From Lama glama (lineage: Eukaryota), in NCBI GenBank assembly GCA_028534125.1, contig CM052816.1, positions 14,138,001 to 14,202,000 of the forward strand: a stretch of 64,000 nucleotides of DNA. Direction: 5' to 3'. The notes under the pieces are model-generated. The model was not told where the DNA came from and searched no databases. It worked only from the letters and a program-made list of their open reading frames with translations. Shown here piece by piece: positions 43,341 to 56,519 of this stretch; positions within the stretch are counted from its first letter, which is position 1, and every line of letters begins with the position of its first letter. The translations under genes and the position numbers were made by a program.

Positions 43341-45894
43341 GCCTGGATCCAATTTAAATTTCTCCCACTGCACGTCAGGAATATTCTCTCCCTTCCCACT
43401 AGGAATGAAGAGTAAAGAGAGAGAACAAGCAGACTCAAAGAAGGGTGCAATGGCACCGCATGTGAACAAGGTCAACTCTTGAGCTGTAGGTAATTACCAA
43501 AGCTAACATCCCCTAAAGACCAGGTCTGTGCCACAGTCCAGACTAAGAATTCTACTTGTATCATCTCATTTAATCATCCCAACAGTACTGTCATACCCAT
43601 CTCACAGGTGAGACACTGAGGCTCAGATAGATCAAGTCACTTGTCCACATTTACTCATGTAGTAAATGACAGAGCTGAGATTCAGTCTGGGTATGTCTGT
43701 CCCCACATCCCTTGCACTTGGCATGGAGACTGTTTCTCTAGCGGAGACCTTCACAGCTTTCTCTCTTGACCAGTCTTGACAAGCCGCTCTTTTCCTAGCA
43801 GTACTGACCTCCATCTTGGCTAGTCAGTCCTCATCTGCAAACACCAGAGACCAATTCTGATTGTTCTGGCAGAAAAGGGATTTACTTAGAAGTTACAAGG
43901 TAACTCACAAAATTGCTAGAAAGGTAAAGAATAAAGCTTGGAAAACAAGCAGGAATCAAGGGAGACCAGGCACCCACCAGGTAAGGACACCAATGCCGTC
44001 ACTGTACCATTGGACACTTTGTTGCTACTGGAAACTCGATATAGTTGCCACTGCCTGAGATAAATTTTCTTGTCCTGCTTCTCTGCATTGCCTATCCTGG
44101 GTCCCCAGCCCCCGTGGGAGCATGTGATCAGCTGAGCCCCACCCTGACCTCTAGGGGGTGGGGTGGGCTTCGGGAGAGGAGGTAGATCCTACCATCAGGA
44201 TGCTTACAGTGGGGAAATCCCTAAGCATAGGAAGGGGCTCAGATGCTGCGTAGCCTCAGGGAGCTCTCTCGCTTTCACATGCCGGTTTTCTCTAACTCCT
44301 TGGCTACCTATGCACGAACCACTTCTTTGTGCTTCTTGGAAACATGCGGAATATCACCCATCACTTTTTTTGTACTGTTGCCTATACTTCCTTCATCACC
44401 ATAAATTATGACACATTTAGTTACAAATGATGGGAAAACTCAGCTCAACCAAGAAAGAGAATTTATGGGCTGATGGAGCTAAAAAAAAGTCATTGAGTAT
44501 TTGCCTTCAGGTGAGATTTGATCTAGCATTTCAAGTGACATTATGAATGATTCCATACCTTCTGTCTCTCTGCTCTGCCTCCACCGTGTCAGCGTCACCC
44601 TCCCATAGTAACCAAATGGTCACCACAATTTCCAATTGTGTGCCTTTATACCTCCCATTCTAGGAGAGGGAAGAGGGCTTTTCTAGTGGCTCCTACCCAG
44701 GCTGAGATTTCTCCTCTGCTTTTGGCTTGAACCGGGGATACATGCCCCTCTCCAAACAATGACTATGGTCATGGGATGGGATACAGTGATTGATTCAGGC
44801 TAACCAGTATCTACCCCTGGAGCTAAGCTTGCAAGCCAATTTCACCCAAATCTGAGCATGGGCAGGCACGACTGGCCCACACGACCATCAGAGGTCTGTC
44901 AGTAGAATCAATGCTACACCAGAAAACGCCCATCACATCGGCAATGAGTTCTACATGGTCCTCATGCCAGCCCTGGGACTTCACTTATCTCTGCAAGCAC
45001 ATCAGAAAGGTGTAAGCCCTTGGTGACAATGACTATTCTTTATTAATCTTTGTACCCCGCTGTCTAGCACGACACCTGATACACAGGCACACAGTGTGCC
45101 TGTCTAATGAGCACAAGAAAGGGTTCAGCAAGTTAAAAACAAAATTTTGAAGTGGGAGTATTCTATATGAGATTCACAAACCACTGAGCACCATGTCTAG
45201 GGAAGGGGCTTTAGATCTGCACCAGCCAAAGACGGGTCCTGTGGCTACTGCCAGGTGTGGCTCCTCCCCGAGGTTTACACGGGGCAGTACCAACTGTCAG
45301 TGGCCAGCTGGGTTATCTGAGGCATCATCTGCCTCCCAGCAATCGCTATAGGCTTGGCGCCCTCAGCTGCACTTCCAATCTAAAGGTGACGGTGTGAGTC
45401 ACCAGGTGGGTGTGGGGACTGGGGGTATCAGTGCTGGCTTTGAACAATGCCCCTCTGTGAAAATCCCTATTCATTGAGTGTGACTCATTCTGTCTTTTCA
45501 GAACAGGCTTCCGGTCTCCTTTGGGTCTCTGGGGCTTCATGGCATAGGCTTTGAAGGAAAGCACGGTAATGATAATAGAGAGAGAAAAAACCAGACAGCG
45601 AGAGGGAGAGCGGATGGGAGAGAAAACTTATGAACATGAGTACCTTCTCTTCTTTCCTCCGGCTCAAATGTACTAAAAATACAGATCTCCAAACAACCTC
45701 AAAGTCACCCAAACCAGGTCCTCATTTCAGGATGGTGCAGAATTATCCTAAATACATCACTATCCTTAAAGCATCTTTCCCTCACAATTGATTTGTCCAG
45801 AAAACACTTAGCACAAAGCACTCAGGGACATCTGGGCTATGCTTTCCAGAAAGGTTTTATCTTGTAACCAACCCCCACCTCCATCTCCCCATCC

Positions 45895-46786
45895 TTTTTT
45901 TTTTTTTTTTGGATAGATATTATTTTTAGAGCAGTTTTAGGTTTACAGAAAAATTGAACAGAAAGTACAGAGAAAGTCCATACACCCTATTCCTTCTCTC
46001 TCGCAGTATTCCCCTATTATTAACATCTTGCATTAGTGTCGTGTGTTTGTTACAACTGATGAACCAGTCTTGATACATTATTACTAATGTCCATAGCTTA
46101 CATTAGAGTTCACTCTTTACATAGTACATTCTGTGGGTTTTGACAAATACATAATGTCACGTATCCACCATTGCAGTATCACACACGATAGTCTCACTGC
46201 CCTAAAAAATCCCCTGTGCTCCACCTATTTATCCATCCCTCTCTCCCTCTAGAACCCTGGTACCCACTGACTGACCTTGTACTCTCTCTGCAGTCTTGCC
46301 TTTTCCAGAATGTCACAGAGTTAGAATTATACAGCCTTTTCAAGGCTATAAGTAGCTTTTCAGATCAGCTTCTTGCACTTAGTAATATGCATTTATGTTT
46401 CCTCCATGTCTTTTCATGGCTTGCTCACTCATTTTTAATTAGTGCATAATATTCCACTGTCTGGATATGCCAGAGTTTATTTGTCTATGCACCAAGTGAA
46501 AAATATCTTAGTTGCTTCCAAGTTTTCACAATTATGAATAAAGCTGCTATAAACATTCAGGTACAAGTTTTTGTGTGGACATAAGGTTTCAACTCATTTG
46601 GATAAATACCAAGGAGCACAACTGCTGGATCATATGGGGAAAGTATATTTAGTTTTGTAAGAAACCTCCAAACTGTCTTCCAAAGTCACTGTAACTTTCT
46701 GCATTCCCACCAGCAAAAAAAAAAAAAAAAAAAAAAGGAGTTTCTGTTGCTCCACATCCTTGTCAGTATTTGACGTTGTCAGTGCT
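45895..46786 (-). mobile_element. L1MB-like 3' fragment with poly(T) tail at left
   Basis: TTTTTAGAGCAGTTTTAGGTTTACAGAAAAATTGAACAGAAAGTACAGAG...AAAGCTGCTATAAACATT...CATTCCCACCAGCA...TCCACATCCTTGTCAG. Confidence 0.88.
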
Positions 46787-48280
46787 CTCAGGCACATCCA
46801 GGCTGTTTTCTGAAAAGGTTTTATCTTGCAACCAACTGACCCAATGTACCCATTCTACTTTTTATTTAAAACAACAACCAGGATGATGGGTTTTAAGTCC
46901 CTAATTTTAGGGGTAATTTGTTATGCAGCATTAAGTAGCAAATACAAGAGCTACATGTCAGCCCTAAGCCATGAGCCAGCTCCAACTTGCCAGGCATGTG
47001 AACTTTAGACGGTTGCAGCTTTAGCTGACATGTGACTGCAGTTGCATAAGAGATCCCAAGTGTGTACTGCCCAGCCAAGACCTTCCTGAATTCCTGACCT
47101 ACAGAAACCATTTATTTCTTAGACCTCGTCATGTCTATGCCACAGAAGTTCAGAATTCCTCAGTACTTCTCATTTAGTAGAACTGGAGAGAGAAAAGGAA
47201 CTGTGTTCTATTTGTTTGTTAACTGCACGTCAGTAGACAAGACCCATCACTTTGGGGACGCTCATTTTTCTGAGTTACAAGATGCAACAGCACCGCCAGC
47301 TCTGCCCACCTGTCAGGGTTGATGTGAGAATAAATGTGGCCATGCTTGGTAAAATGTCACTTGCTGAACAAAATTTTAAGTGTCTTGTTAATGGAGGGGA
47401 TCAGTAGTGAAAACTTCAAAGTAATGGCTATCTGACTTTGGACCATAACATAGGATTTCCCCTCCATCCAAATCTCAGGGTCATCATCCAGACTGCATGT
47501 AAGCTCTCCATAAGATAAGACTGTGTCCTCTGGGCACATTTCCAATGGCCTAGTGGGAGAGGTCCACCCAACATTTAAAATTTACAAATAATCCACAATG
47601 TGCATAATCTACGTGAATATACTGCCCTCAAGAAAACAAAATGTCTATATAATTCTTTACCACCCAGACTGGAACTACCTTATACCAGCAAATACCAAAA
47701 AGATAGCCATAATGATTATAATTTATTGGGCACTTATGTGCTAAGCATTATGCTAGGTACTTTTTATATGTTGTTTCAATTAATCCTTTCCCAATCCCAT
47801 GGGTAAATATTATTACTCTTCTTTAACTGATTTAAAAAAAAAAAAAAGATTTTGACTTCCAGGCAAAGAGGAAGGATTGAATACACAAATGTGTTTCCTC
47901 CCATCCAAAACCCCATTAAGAGAATTTTTTTTTAAGTCAAACAATATCTGGCACATAGTACAGGCTCATAAATATTTGTTGAATAAATGAATAAAGTAAT
48001 GAATGAAAAAACTAATGAAACTACAAGGTAAATAAAATAGACATTGAGCTCATAACCACCACCACCTCCCGCCAAAAAAAGGAAGCTGAAATGAATCTTA
48101 ACGGACTTTGTAGACCTGAGGAAATCTGACTCCTCAGTCAGCTGTAGGGAAAGCCAAGGAACAGATTACAGCTTAGACTTTCCCCAAAGGCTCACGATGG
48201 GGAGCGTTAGTTATCTCCTCCTCCACTAGGGGTGAGGTGGAGCTAAAACCAGGGGACTGGTTGGTGAAAAAGTTAGTTTA

Positions 48281-48450
48281 GGATAAACAAGGTACTACTG
48301 TAATAATAGCACAGGGAACTACATTCAATAGCTTGTAACAACCTATAATGAAAAAGAATATATATATGTGTGTGTATATATAACTGAATCACTATGCTGT
48401 ACACCAGAAACTAACACAACATTGTAAATCAACTCTATTTTGATTTTTTA
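48281..48450 (+). mobile_element. Short artiodactyl-type L1 3' end with degenerate TSD
   Basis: ATAGCACAGGGAACTACATTCAATAGCTTGTAACAACCTATAATGAAAAAGAA..., flanked by AAAAAGTTAGTTTA (48267) and AAAAAATTAGTTAA (48451). Confidence 0.8.
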
Positions 48451-51085
48451 AAAAAATTAGTTAAAGAAGCTGGTGGATCCCAGATCCCTGTCAGTCATGT
48501 GACTCCCTCCTCCCCCCGGACAGAAACCTAAGCTTTCTTCTCAGGAGAGGGTAGAACGGGAGGAGTCTGGATGAGAGAAAACCCTACAGCTGAGGATGAA
48601 GAGGCCATGGGAAAGCAGAGGGAGCAGATGACACTGACATGCCAAATGCTCAGTCCCCAGCCCTCCTTCCTACCTTGGTTCCCAGAAAGCTGGCAGTCAA
48701 CCGCATACTCTCCTGGCAGAAGGGAAACCCCTTCTCCAGGGGATTTGACTAGCCCATGAGGAAAGATATAAAACACTAAAATCATGAGTTTCCCAATGAA
48801 GGGGTCAGCCAGATCAGCCTACAGCAACACTCACAGTCACTCAGAGATTCCAAAAAATACCTCATTCTGAAATATGAACAAATACGGGTCCCTAGACATT
48901 TGAGGAAAGCCAAATGAAAGGTGGAGGCCAAAGCAAATGTGAAAAAGCATTCTGGAGGAAGAGAAATAGTTCCCGAAAAGGAAATCTCCCTTAAAAACTG
49001 TCATTACTATTTCCAGGGTGTTAAGAGATTTTCGCATTTACGAAGAAAGAAAAGTACGCTCCAAAACAGGAATATCAAGAGAATAAAAAATAACTCCTGG
49101 AATTTGTAAATAGATAGCATAAATTAAAAGCTCAAGAGAACTGTTGGAAGGTATAACTTGGGAACTCTCCCAGAAGGTAGAATAAAAACCGGAGAGGTGG
49201 AAAATAAGCAAGAAAGGGAAAGAAAAGTGGAAGGTGTGTCTAGGAGGTCATTCTTCAGTTAACTGCGTTTCCAGAATGAAAGAATAGAAAAAAATGAAGG
49301 AGAGTAAATCACTAAAGAAATGACTCAGGCAGGGTGTGAACAGAGATGCAGAACCACCATGAGAGATGCAGGATAAGGGATGTGTTACTGAGTTTAGGCT
49401 CGCCACAACTGTGGAGGTGGTGGAGAAACCTACACAGACTATTGCCTTTGCAAACTAGTTCTGGGGCTCAAATCGCTACCGACTGGCACTTAAGAAGGAA
49501 AACTGGGTGTGGACAAGAGCAAAGCCAAGGTGGAACCCAAGAGGGCACACTGGAACCCATGTCTTTTCTCACTACCCCCAACCTGAATGCCACAGGTGAC
49601 CTATAAGAGAATCCGGCACCCTTCCACCAGCACAGAGCCACACGCACACTGGCCAAATAAGTTGGAGAGACTGAAGGAACAGATATGGCAGGGGCTAAGT
49701 GGAGCTGTGAGTCCACAAACCAACCAGGTGAGTTGGCAGATGCCTCAGTGCCTGCATTCAGAGTGTACAGACATGGTTGCTGTTTTATTCCCACCATTCA
49801 GATCTGGTAACAAACATTCTTGTGGCCAACACTAGCCCGACACCAGATAGAGAAAGGAATTCTGGGAGATGTGGTTCCAGCCAAGCCAAAATGACAACGC
49901 ACAAAACAACCATAAGAAATAATTAGTAACGCTTAACAGAATGGACATTTTAAATTAAAAGCGTCCACAGAGTGCCCTGAATAATGGGTGAACATAGACT
50001 CACATCAAGGCACGTCACTGTGAAATTTCTGAAAACTGAGGACAGAGAGAAAATAAGATGCCGGAGAGGAAAGACATATTTCATACAAAGAACCATAACC
50101 ATACCAGATGACTCAGCAGCGACTCAGAAACAGACAAAACGAAGCCATGTCTTCAAAATTCTGAAGAGAAACAATTTCCAACCTAGAATTCTTCACCCAC
50201 ATGATCACTTAAAGGTAAGGGTAGAATAAGGCATTTTCAGACCTGCTCGGTGTGAGGGAGCTGCTGACTGATGCGATGTAGCTCCTGATATTCCAGGAGA
50301 TGTGAGCTTCTGGCAAAGGTGGATCTGGCTGTGGCGGACGGTGACAGGGGCCCTGGATGACAGTGTAGGGAGACCTCAAGACAGCAGCTGTGCCTGCGGC
50401 CCAGAGAAAACCAGGCCAGGCCCGGTGGGCAGAGGATCTGTAGGGATTTCTCTGTGATGAGGTTGACAGAATGTCTCATGTATTTTCACATATCAAGAGG
50501 AGACTCACAATTAGAGATTCCTTGGGTTGATTTTATGGTAATAAAATCAGATCCTTAGCAAACAAACAAACAAAATCAGGACAAGTCTGACCTCCAGGTA
50601 AAACAACAACGATTACAGAGGAAAGGAAAACTGCTCCTAGAAGACTATGTGGCTCAGCTGTGAACAGCATTCCACAGTCGTAACAGTACAAATGCTGAAT
50701 ATTGATCTAATAAATATTAGATGTAACTGCACTGGGAGACAGGGAGGGGGGCGGGGGATCAGTACACGGTGGGAAGGGATGAAAGATGCTGAAGGAACAA
50801 TACTCATGTTCCAATCTAGAATTCTCAGGTAACAATCTGACCTTCTGATTTTACTCCCTGTGAAAGTATTGCCAAGTAGAAAAATACATAGTTTATATTA
50901 TGATGCAGATGGTCCTGTTCCATAGTGAGAAATCAAAGATAATGCTTAAAACTGAAAAGTCAAGAAGTATCAATCTAAGTATGTTATTTACATATGCAGA
51001 GGTAGTTACTGAAAGAAACAGCTAAAGGACTGCCAAGTAGTTGCCTCTGGGGAGGAGAAAATGGGGTCGAGGGGAAAGTTTTGTA

Positions 51086-51840
51086 ATTGCTGGAGAGGGT
51101 GTGGAGAGAACCCCTTTACGCTGCTGGTGAGAATGCAGTTTGGTGCAGCCATTATGGAAAACAGTATGAAGATTCCTCAAAAGACTAGGAGTAGACTTAC
51201 CCTATGATCCAGCAATCCCACTCCTGGGCATATATACAGAGGGAACTCCAATTTGAAAAGATACATGCACCCCAACGTTCATAGCAGCACTATATACAAC
51301 AACCTAATGTCCATTAACAGATGACTGGATAAAGAAGCCAAGGTATATTTATACAATGGAATGCTATTCAGCCATAAAAAAGAATAAAATAATGCCATTT
51401 GCAGCAACATGGATGGACCTGGAGATCGTCATTCTAAGTGAAGTAAGCCAGAAAGAGAAAGAAAAATATCATATGATAACACTCACATGTGGAATCTAAA
51501 AAAAAAAAAAAAAAGACTGTAATGAACTCATCTACAAAACAGGAACAGACTCCTATAGTAAACAATCTGATGGTTACCAGCGGGGAGAGGGGGTGGGAAG
51601 GGATTGATTGGGAGTTTGACATTTGCAAATATTAACTAGCATAAACAAATTAGATAAACAACAAATTTCTTCTGTATAGCATAAGGAATCATATTCAGTG
51701 TCTTGGAGTAGCCTACAATGAAAAAGAATATGAAAAGGAACATGTGTATGTATATGTATGACTGAAACATTATGCTATAAACCAGAAATTGACATATTGT
51801 AAATTGACTATACTTCAAGAAAAAATAAAATAAAATAAAT
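51086..51840 (+). mobile_element. 5'-truncated L1 with A-rich tail and perfect 10-bp TSD
   Basis: L1 ORF2 end plus 3'UTR; AAGTTTTGTA at 51076-51085 and 51841-51850. Confidence 0.92.
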
Positions 51841-51928
51841 AAGTTTTGTAGAAGTACTTGACTCTAAACTGTGTACAGGTGGTACTCTGACTTTTAAAAA
51901 TTAGCCAAAACATAAAGGTATAGCTACC

Positions 51929-52280
51929 ACTATGGTCTGAAGGTTTGTCTCCCCCTGAATTCATACCTTGAAATCCTAATGCCCAATGTGATGATATTAG
52001 GAGGTAGGACCTCCAGGAGGTGATTGTGTCATGAGGGTGGTGCTCTCATGAATGGGATTAGTCCCTTTTAAGAGACCCCTGAGAATTCTCTAGTCCCTTC
52101 TGCCATGTGAGGACACAGTGAGAAGTCTTTATCCTGAAGAGGATCTTCGGCAGAACCTGATCATGCTGGCACCCAGATCTCAGACTTCCAGCCTCCAGAA
52201 CTGTGAGGAACAAATTTCTGTTGGTTATAAGCCACCCAGTCTGTGGGATTTTGTTCTAGTAATCTGAATGGACAAAGACA
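51929..52280 (+). mobile_element. MLT1A-like MaLR solo LTR
   Basis: CTATGGTCTGAAGGTTTGTCTCCCC...ATGAATGGGATTAGT...GACTTCCAGCCTCCAGAACTGTGAG...AATGGACAAAGACA. Confidence 0.85.
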
Positions 52281-54749
52281 GCCACCAACTCTTATTAAAG
52301 AAAGAAAGAGGGAAAGGGAGGGATGAAGGGAGCAGGAGGAAAGGAAAGAAGAAAGGAAGGAAGAGAGAAAGAAGATGAAGCTTTAACTAGTTAACCTGTC
52401 TCACCCATGTTCATGGTGCTGGCAAATGACGGAGCCAAGTTTTGATCCCAGGTTCATCTGGCTCCACACCACTTTCTATAAATTACTGCACAACAAGACA
52501 CTGACTCCGCAAAGTCTTCATCTGGTCTGGAGTGGACCCAGATGTCTGGTGGGTAACACGGCACCTCGGGCAGAGAGAGAGGCGCCAAGGGTACAGTTAG
52601 TGAGAGGTTGCAAAGACGGAGAGGCACGTGGGTAAACAAATAGTTAATCAGACAAACGTCCCCTGAACTGAGCTGGGCACTGGGGGAGTCACGAGGGACA
52701 GCTCAAGTGCATGAGAGGGTTTGAAGCACAGGGAGAGGGGAATCTGTAGGAGGTAGAAGTTCAGGCTCCCAGTGGAGATGCTGGTGGGAGGAGAGGAAGG
52801 AAGGGCGGCTGAGGAGGGAAGAGGATGCTCCCTGGACAGGAACGGGAGCTCAGCCCAGGACAAAGACCCTGCAGTGGAACAGCTGCAGGCTTTCATTCTT
52901 GAGTAAAAACTTTTTCCAGACAGAGAAAATAGCAGGAGCTCAGGGATATCTGAAGAACGCATGAATGCAAGAGCAAAAGGCAGGGGTTTCTCAGCGGTTC
53001 AGATTCGCCTTTCTGAACCCTAAGCAGTGGGAAGGTGCAGGCCTTTGAGGCTCTTGTTAGGCAAAGAATGCTCGCATATCAGATTTCTCACCAAGACCTA
53101 GGTGGGGTGGTAGGCTGGACCCTCTCATACCAGGTCTCAAGAGCAGAATGCTACAATTGTAAGAAATGTGTAAGCCAACTGTTATCATGTTGGGAGCTTG
53201 AAATTGACTATGCTGGGAGTATTAATACCCCAAAAAAATCAGTGTAAGCTAGAGAATTAGGGCTTCGATTCAATTTCAGGAAGCTAGCTGTTGACCATTT
53301 ACCAGCACACCACTGCATACATGTGTTAAAAGGGGGGAAATTGACCCAAAGGGAGTTAACAGGCAAGATACAGTGATGACGTTAATTATAAGAGCTAACA
53401 TTTACGGAGTAAGTGCGATGTGCCACACACTGTATTAGATGCTTTCATATATTGTCTCACTTAATCTGGTAAAAGCCCTATGAGTAGATATTTGTTTTTA
53501 CCCACTTTACACATGTTGGCATTGAGGTCCAAAGAGATTAGGCAGTTTGTTCAAGGATACAAGCCAGCAAGTAGGAATCAAGCCTCCTGTCTTAGATTTA
53601 AGGCCCAAGCTCTCAATACCACCACAGGGGAGGAATGCTGCAAAGGGGGTAAATGTGAGGATGCTGGAGCCAAGACACCTGGAGTTAAACACCGCATCTG
53701 ATATTCACTAACTGTGTGACCTGGAGTGAGGTAGTTAATCACTCTTTGCCTTGGAGTCTTCATCTGTAAAATGGGGTGAATGATAATATCTTCCACACAA
53801 AATACTTCACACAGAACCTGGTACTAACAACAAAATTAGTTATTATTACCTTAATTATTGACAAAGTTTGAAGGTATCTATCTTATCCCGTCTCTGATGA
53901 AACTATTTGACTCAAAAACACCTTTGCTCTCTGGAGGATACACAAGAGGGAGAGATGTAGTAAGGAAGCTGAATCAGTCAAAGTTGACCCAGGAAATAGA
54001 AACCACACTAGTTATTCAATCAGAGGGAATTTAATATAATGGTTAATATGATGTAAAATTGTTAACCATGTAACTGAAAGGTAGAAACTCCAAGGTTTCA
54101 CAGAAGTGACAACTGCATGATGGGGTTGGGGTGGAAGAACCAAAGGAAGAGTTGGAATTAAGTGAATCATTAAAGCTTAGAATCACGTGCTAAGACACAG
54201 ACCTCTGAGGAGTGGGGAACTGGCGGCTTCGAGGGCAGTACAGTGAAGCTGGTGTTAGAAAAACCACACACTGGATTCTGCTGCAGGGGTACAGACGGGA
54301 AGCATTTTCTATGGGACACCGAGGTCCTCTCTGCAACGATAATATTTAAACTGAGACCTGAAGGATGGCAAAGGATCAGCCCCAGGAGATCTGGGGGAAG
54401 AGTGTCACAGGTAGAGGGAAGGGCAGCTGCAAAGACCCTGAGGCAGGAGAGAGCTTCGTGTGCTTCAGACAATGACTGACAGCCCGGTGCCCCCAGTACG
54501 CTGAGTTTGGCTGGGGCGGGTGGGGGGTGGGGGTTGTACGTTTTCCCTCAGAGCTGAGAGGTGGCAGGGGCTGGGTCTAGCTGGGTTGTGCAGTCTATGG
54601 GAGGGAATAGGGTTGTATTTTATTCTAAAAATGGTTTTTTAAAATGTAGTATTTTTATTAGAAGTTATCATCGGATTTGTCTTTCTCAAAGGACACTCTG
54701 GCTGCTGCTAGTGAATGGATCGCAGTGGATCCAGACTGGAAAGAGGGCA

Positions 54750-55185
54750 GTGTGTTAGTTACCACAAACCTGGTGGCTTAAAACAACAGAAACATTCTCT
54801 CCCAGTTCTGGAGGATGGAAGTCTGAAATTAAGGCATCGACAGGGCAAGTACTCCCTCGGAGGCTCCAGGAGAGTTCTCGTCTCTTTCAGCTTCTGTGGC
54901 CCCAGGTGTTCCTTGTCTGTGAGAACGTAACACCAGTCTCTGCTCTGTCTTCACATGGTCTTCTCTCCGGGTCTTCTGCCCAGTGTGTCTGCATTTCTCC
55001 TTTTCTTATAAGGGCACTTGTTGTTGGATTTAGAGCCCCTCCAGTTAATCCAGGATGATCTCCTCTTGAGAGCCTTAACTTAATTACATCTGCAAAGACC
55101 TGTTTTTCAAATAAGGAGACATTCACAGGTGTCAGGGGCTAGAGGTTGTTCATATCTTTGGGGGACCACCATTCAACCCACTACA
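54750..55185 (-). mobile_element. MLT1B/C-like MaLR solo LTR
   Basis: TACCACAAACCTGGTGGCTTAAAACAACAGAAA...TTAATTACATCTGCAAAGACC...CATTCAACCCACTACA. Confidence 0.85.
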
Positions 55186-55292
55186 GAGATCAGTGAGGAG
55201 ATTAAGGTGGTTATGCAGGTAAGAGACGGTGGTGGATTGGAGTAGGGAGGGGACAGCAGAGATGGAGAAAAGTGAATGTGTTGGGTGGGTGG

Positions 55293-55810
55293 TGTATTAG
55301 TCACAGTTCCTCGGAGAAACAGAACCAAAAAGATGGATATACTTACACAGAAAGATTTACTATAAGGAATTGGCTCACATGATTATGGAAACTGAGAAGT
55401 CCCCAGATCTGCTGTCACCAGGGGGGAAGAACCAAGAGACCCCATGTGTAAGTTCTTGTCTGAGTCCAAAGGCCTGAGAACGAGGGGAACTGGTGATGTA
55501 AATTCCAGTTCCAAAGCTGGCAGGCTTGAGACCCAGGAAGAGCCAAGGTTCTGTCTGAGTCTTAAGGCTGGAAAAGAGCAATGTCCCAGCTCATGCAGTC
55601 TAGTCTGGTGAGTTCCTTCTTACGCAGTTTTTTCTGTTCTATTCAGGTCCTCAGTGGATTGAATGAGGCTCACCCACATTAGGGAAGACAATCTGATTCA
55701 AATGTTAAACTCATCCAGAACACCCTCACAGACTCCCCCTGAGTAATGACTGGCCAGTATCTGGGCACCCTGTGGCCCAGTCAAGTTGACACATAAAACT
55801 GACCAGCACA
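55293..55810. mobile_element. MLT2-like ERVL solo LTR, complete, with 5-bp TSD
   Basis: TG...CA termini (TGTATTAGTC...AAGTTGACACATAAAACTGACCAGCACA) flanked by GGTGG at 55288-55292 and 55811-55815. Confidence 0.88.
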
Positions 55811-56519
55811 GGTGGAGAGTAAGAGGGAGGAAGGGAATGCGGGGTCTCATGTCCCAGGAAGAGACGTATACTGAGTAGTCCAGTTCAGTGGCAAATGGCA
55901 GAGATGAAGAGGGGAGGCCGCAGAGAAGTCCGAGGCTGGTGGAGCTGCCCTGCTGGAGAAGAGAGCTGAGTCACTGCCTCAGCACTGAGCGCTCTCTTGC
56001 AGCTTCTATCTCCATCTCTGGAAAAGCATCTCCCTGCCAACTACTGAGGCAAATTACTCCCATTATGAAGGAGCCCTTTGGCTGTGAAGGCACTATCACC
56101 AAGCAAACGGATCAGCGCGAAGCTGGATTACATGGGGCACTGTCTTCTGACATGGAAATGGAATCTTTGAAAAACCTTCCCTCTAAAGCTCCAGCACAAG
56201 CAGGGCTGCTCAGGGATAAACAGTCAATATCAAGCTATGTGCTGCACCAATCCTGTAATGTTCTGATTTCAACCCGAGTGGGTGATTTGCACACCAGTGA
56301 AATCATGAGACCTATGGCTACACTCAAGGTCTTCCAGCTTCCCCTACCTTCTTGTTTCCTCCTCCTATTAAGAAAGAAATCCACTGAGATTTGGAGATTT
56401 TTAAGACAGAATCCACTAGAAGCAGGAGCTCAATAAATATCTGGGATATAAATCACCCTACAGATGTTCACCTGGACAGAACCTTCCTCCAAGCTCTGTT
56501 CTAGGTAAAGGCATCTTGT

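Larger units (their letters stand above)
47854..51905 (+). mobile_element. Ancient HAL1-like (ORF1-only L1 relative) element interrupted by younger insertions
   Basis: ORF 49984-50229 contains TSRHVTVKFLKTEDREKI and FKILKRNNFQPRILHP, which are L1 ORF1p motifs. No ORF2 follows, and the downstream sequence is HAL1-3'UTR-like (AGTAGTTGCCTCTGGGGAGG). Confidence 0.6.

Noticed and set aside
55888..56436. 182-aa ORF
   Set aside because: Non-ATG start, no recognisable domain, no promoter or splice context, and flanked by LTRs; most likely chance.
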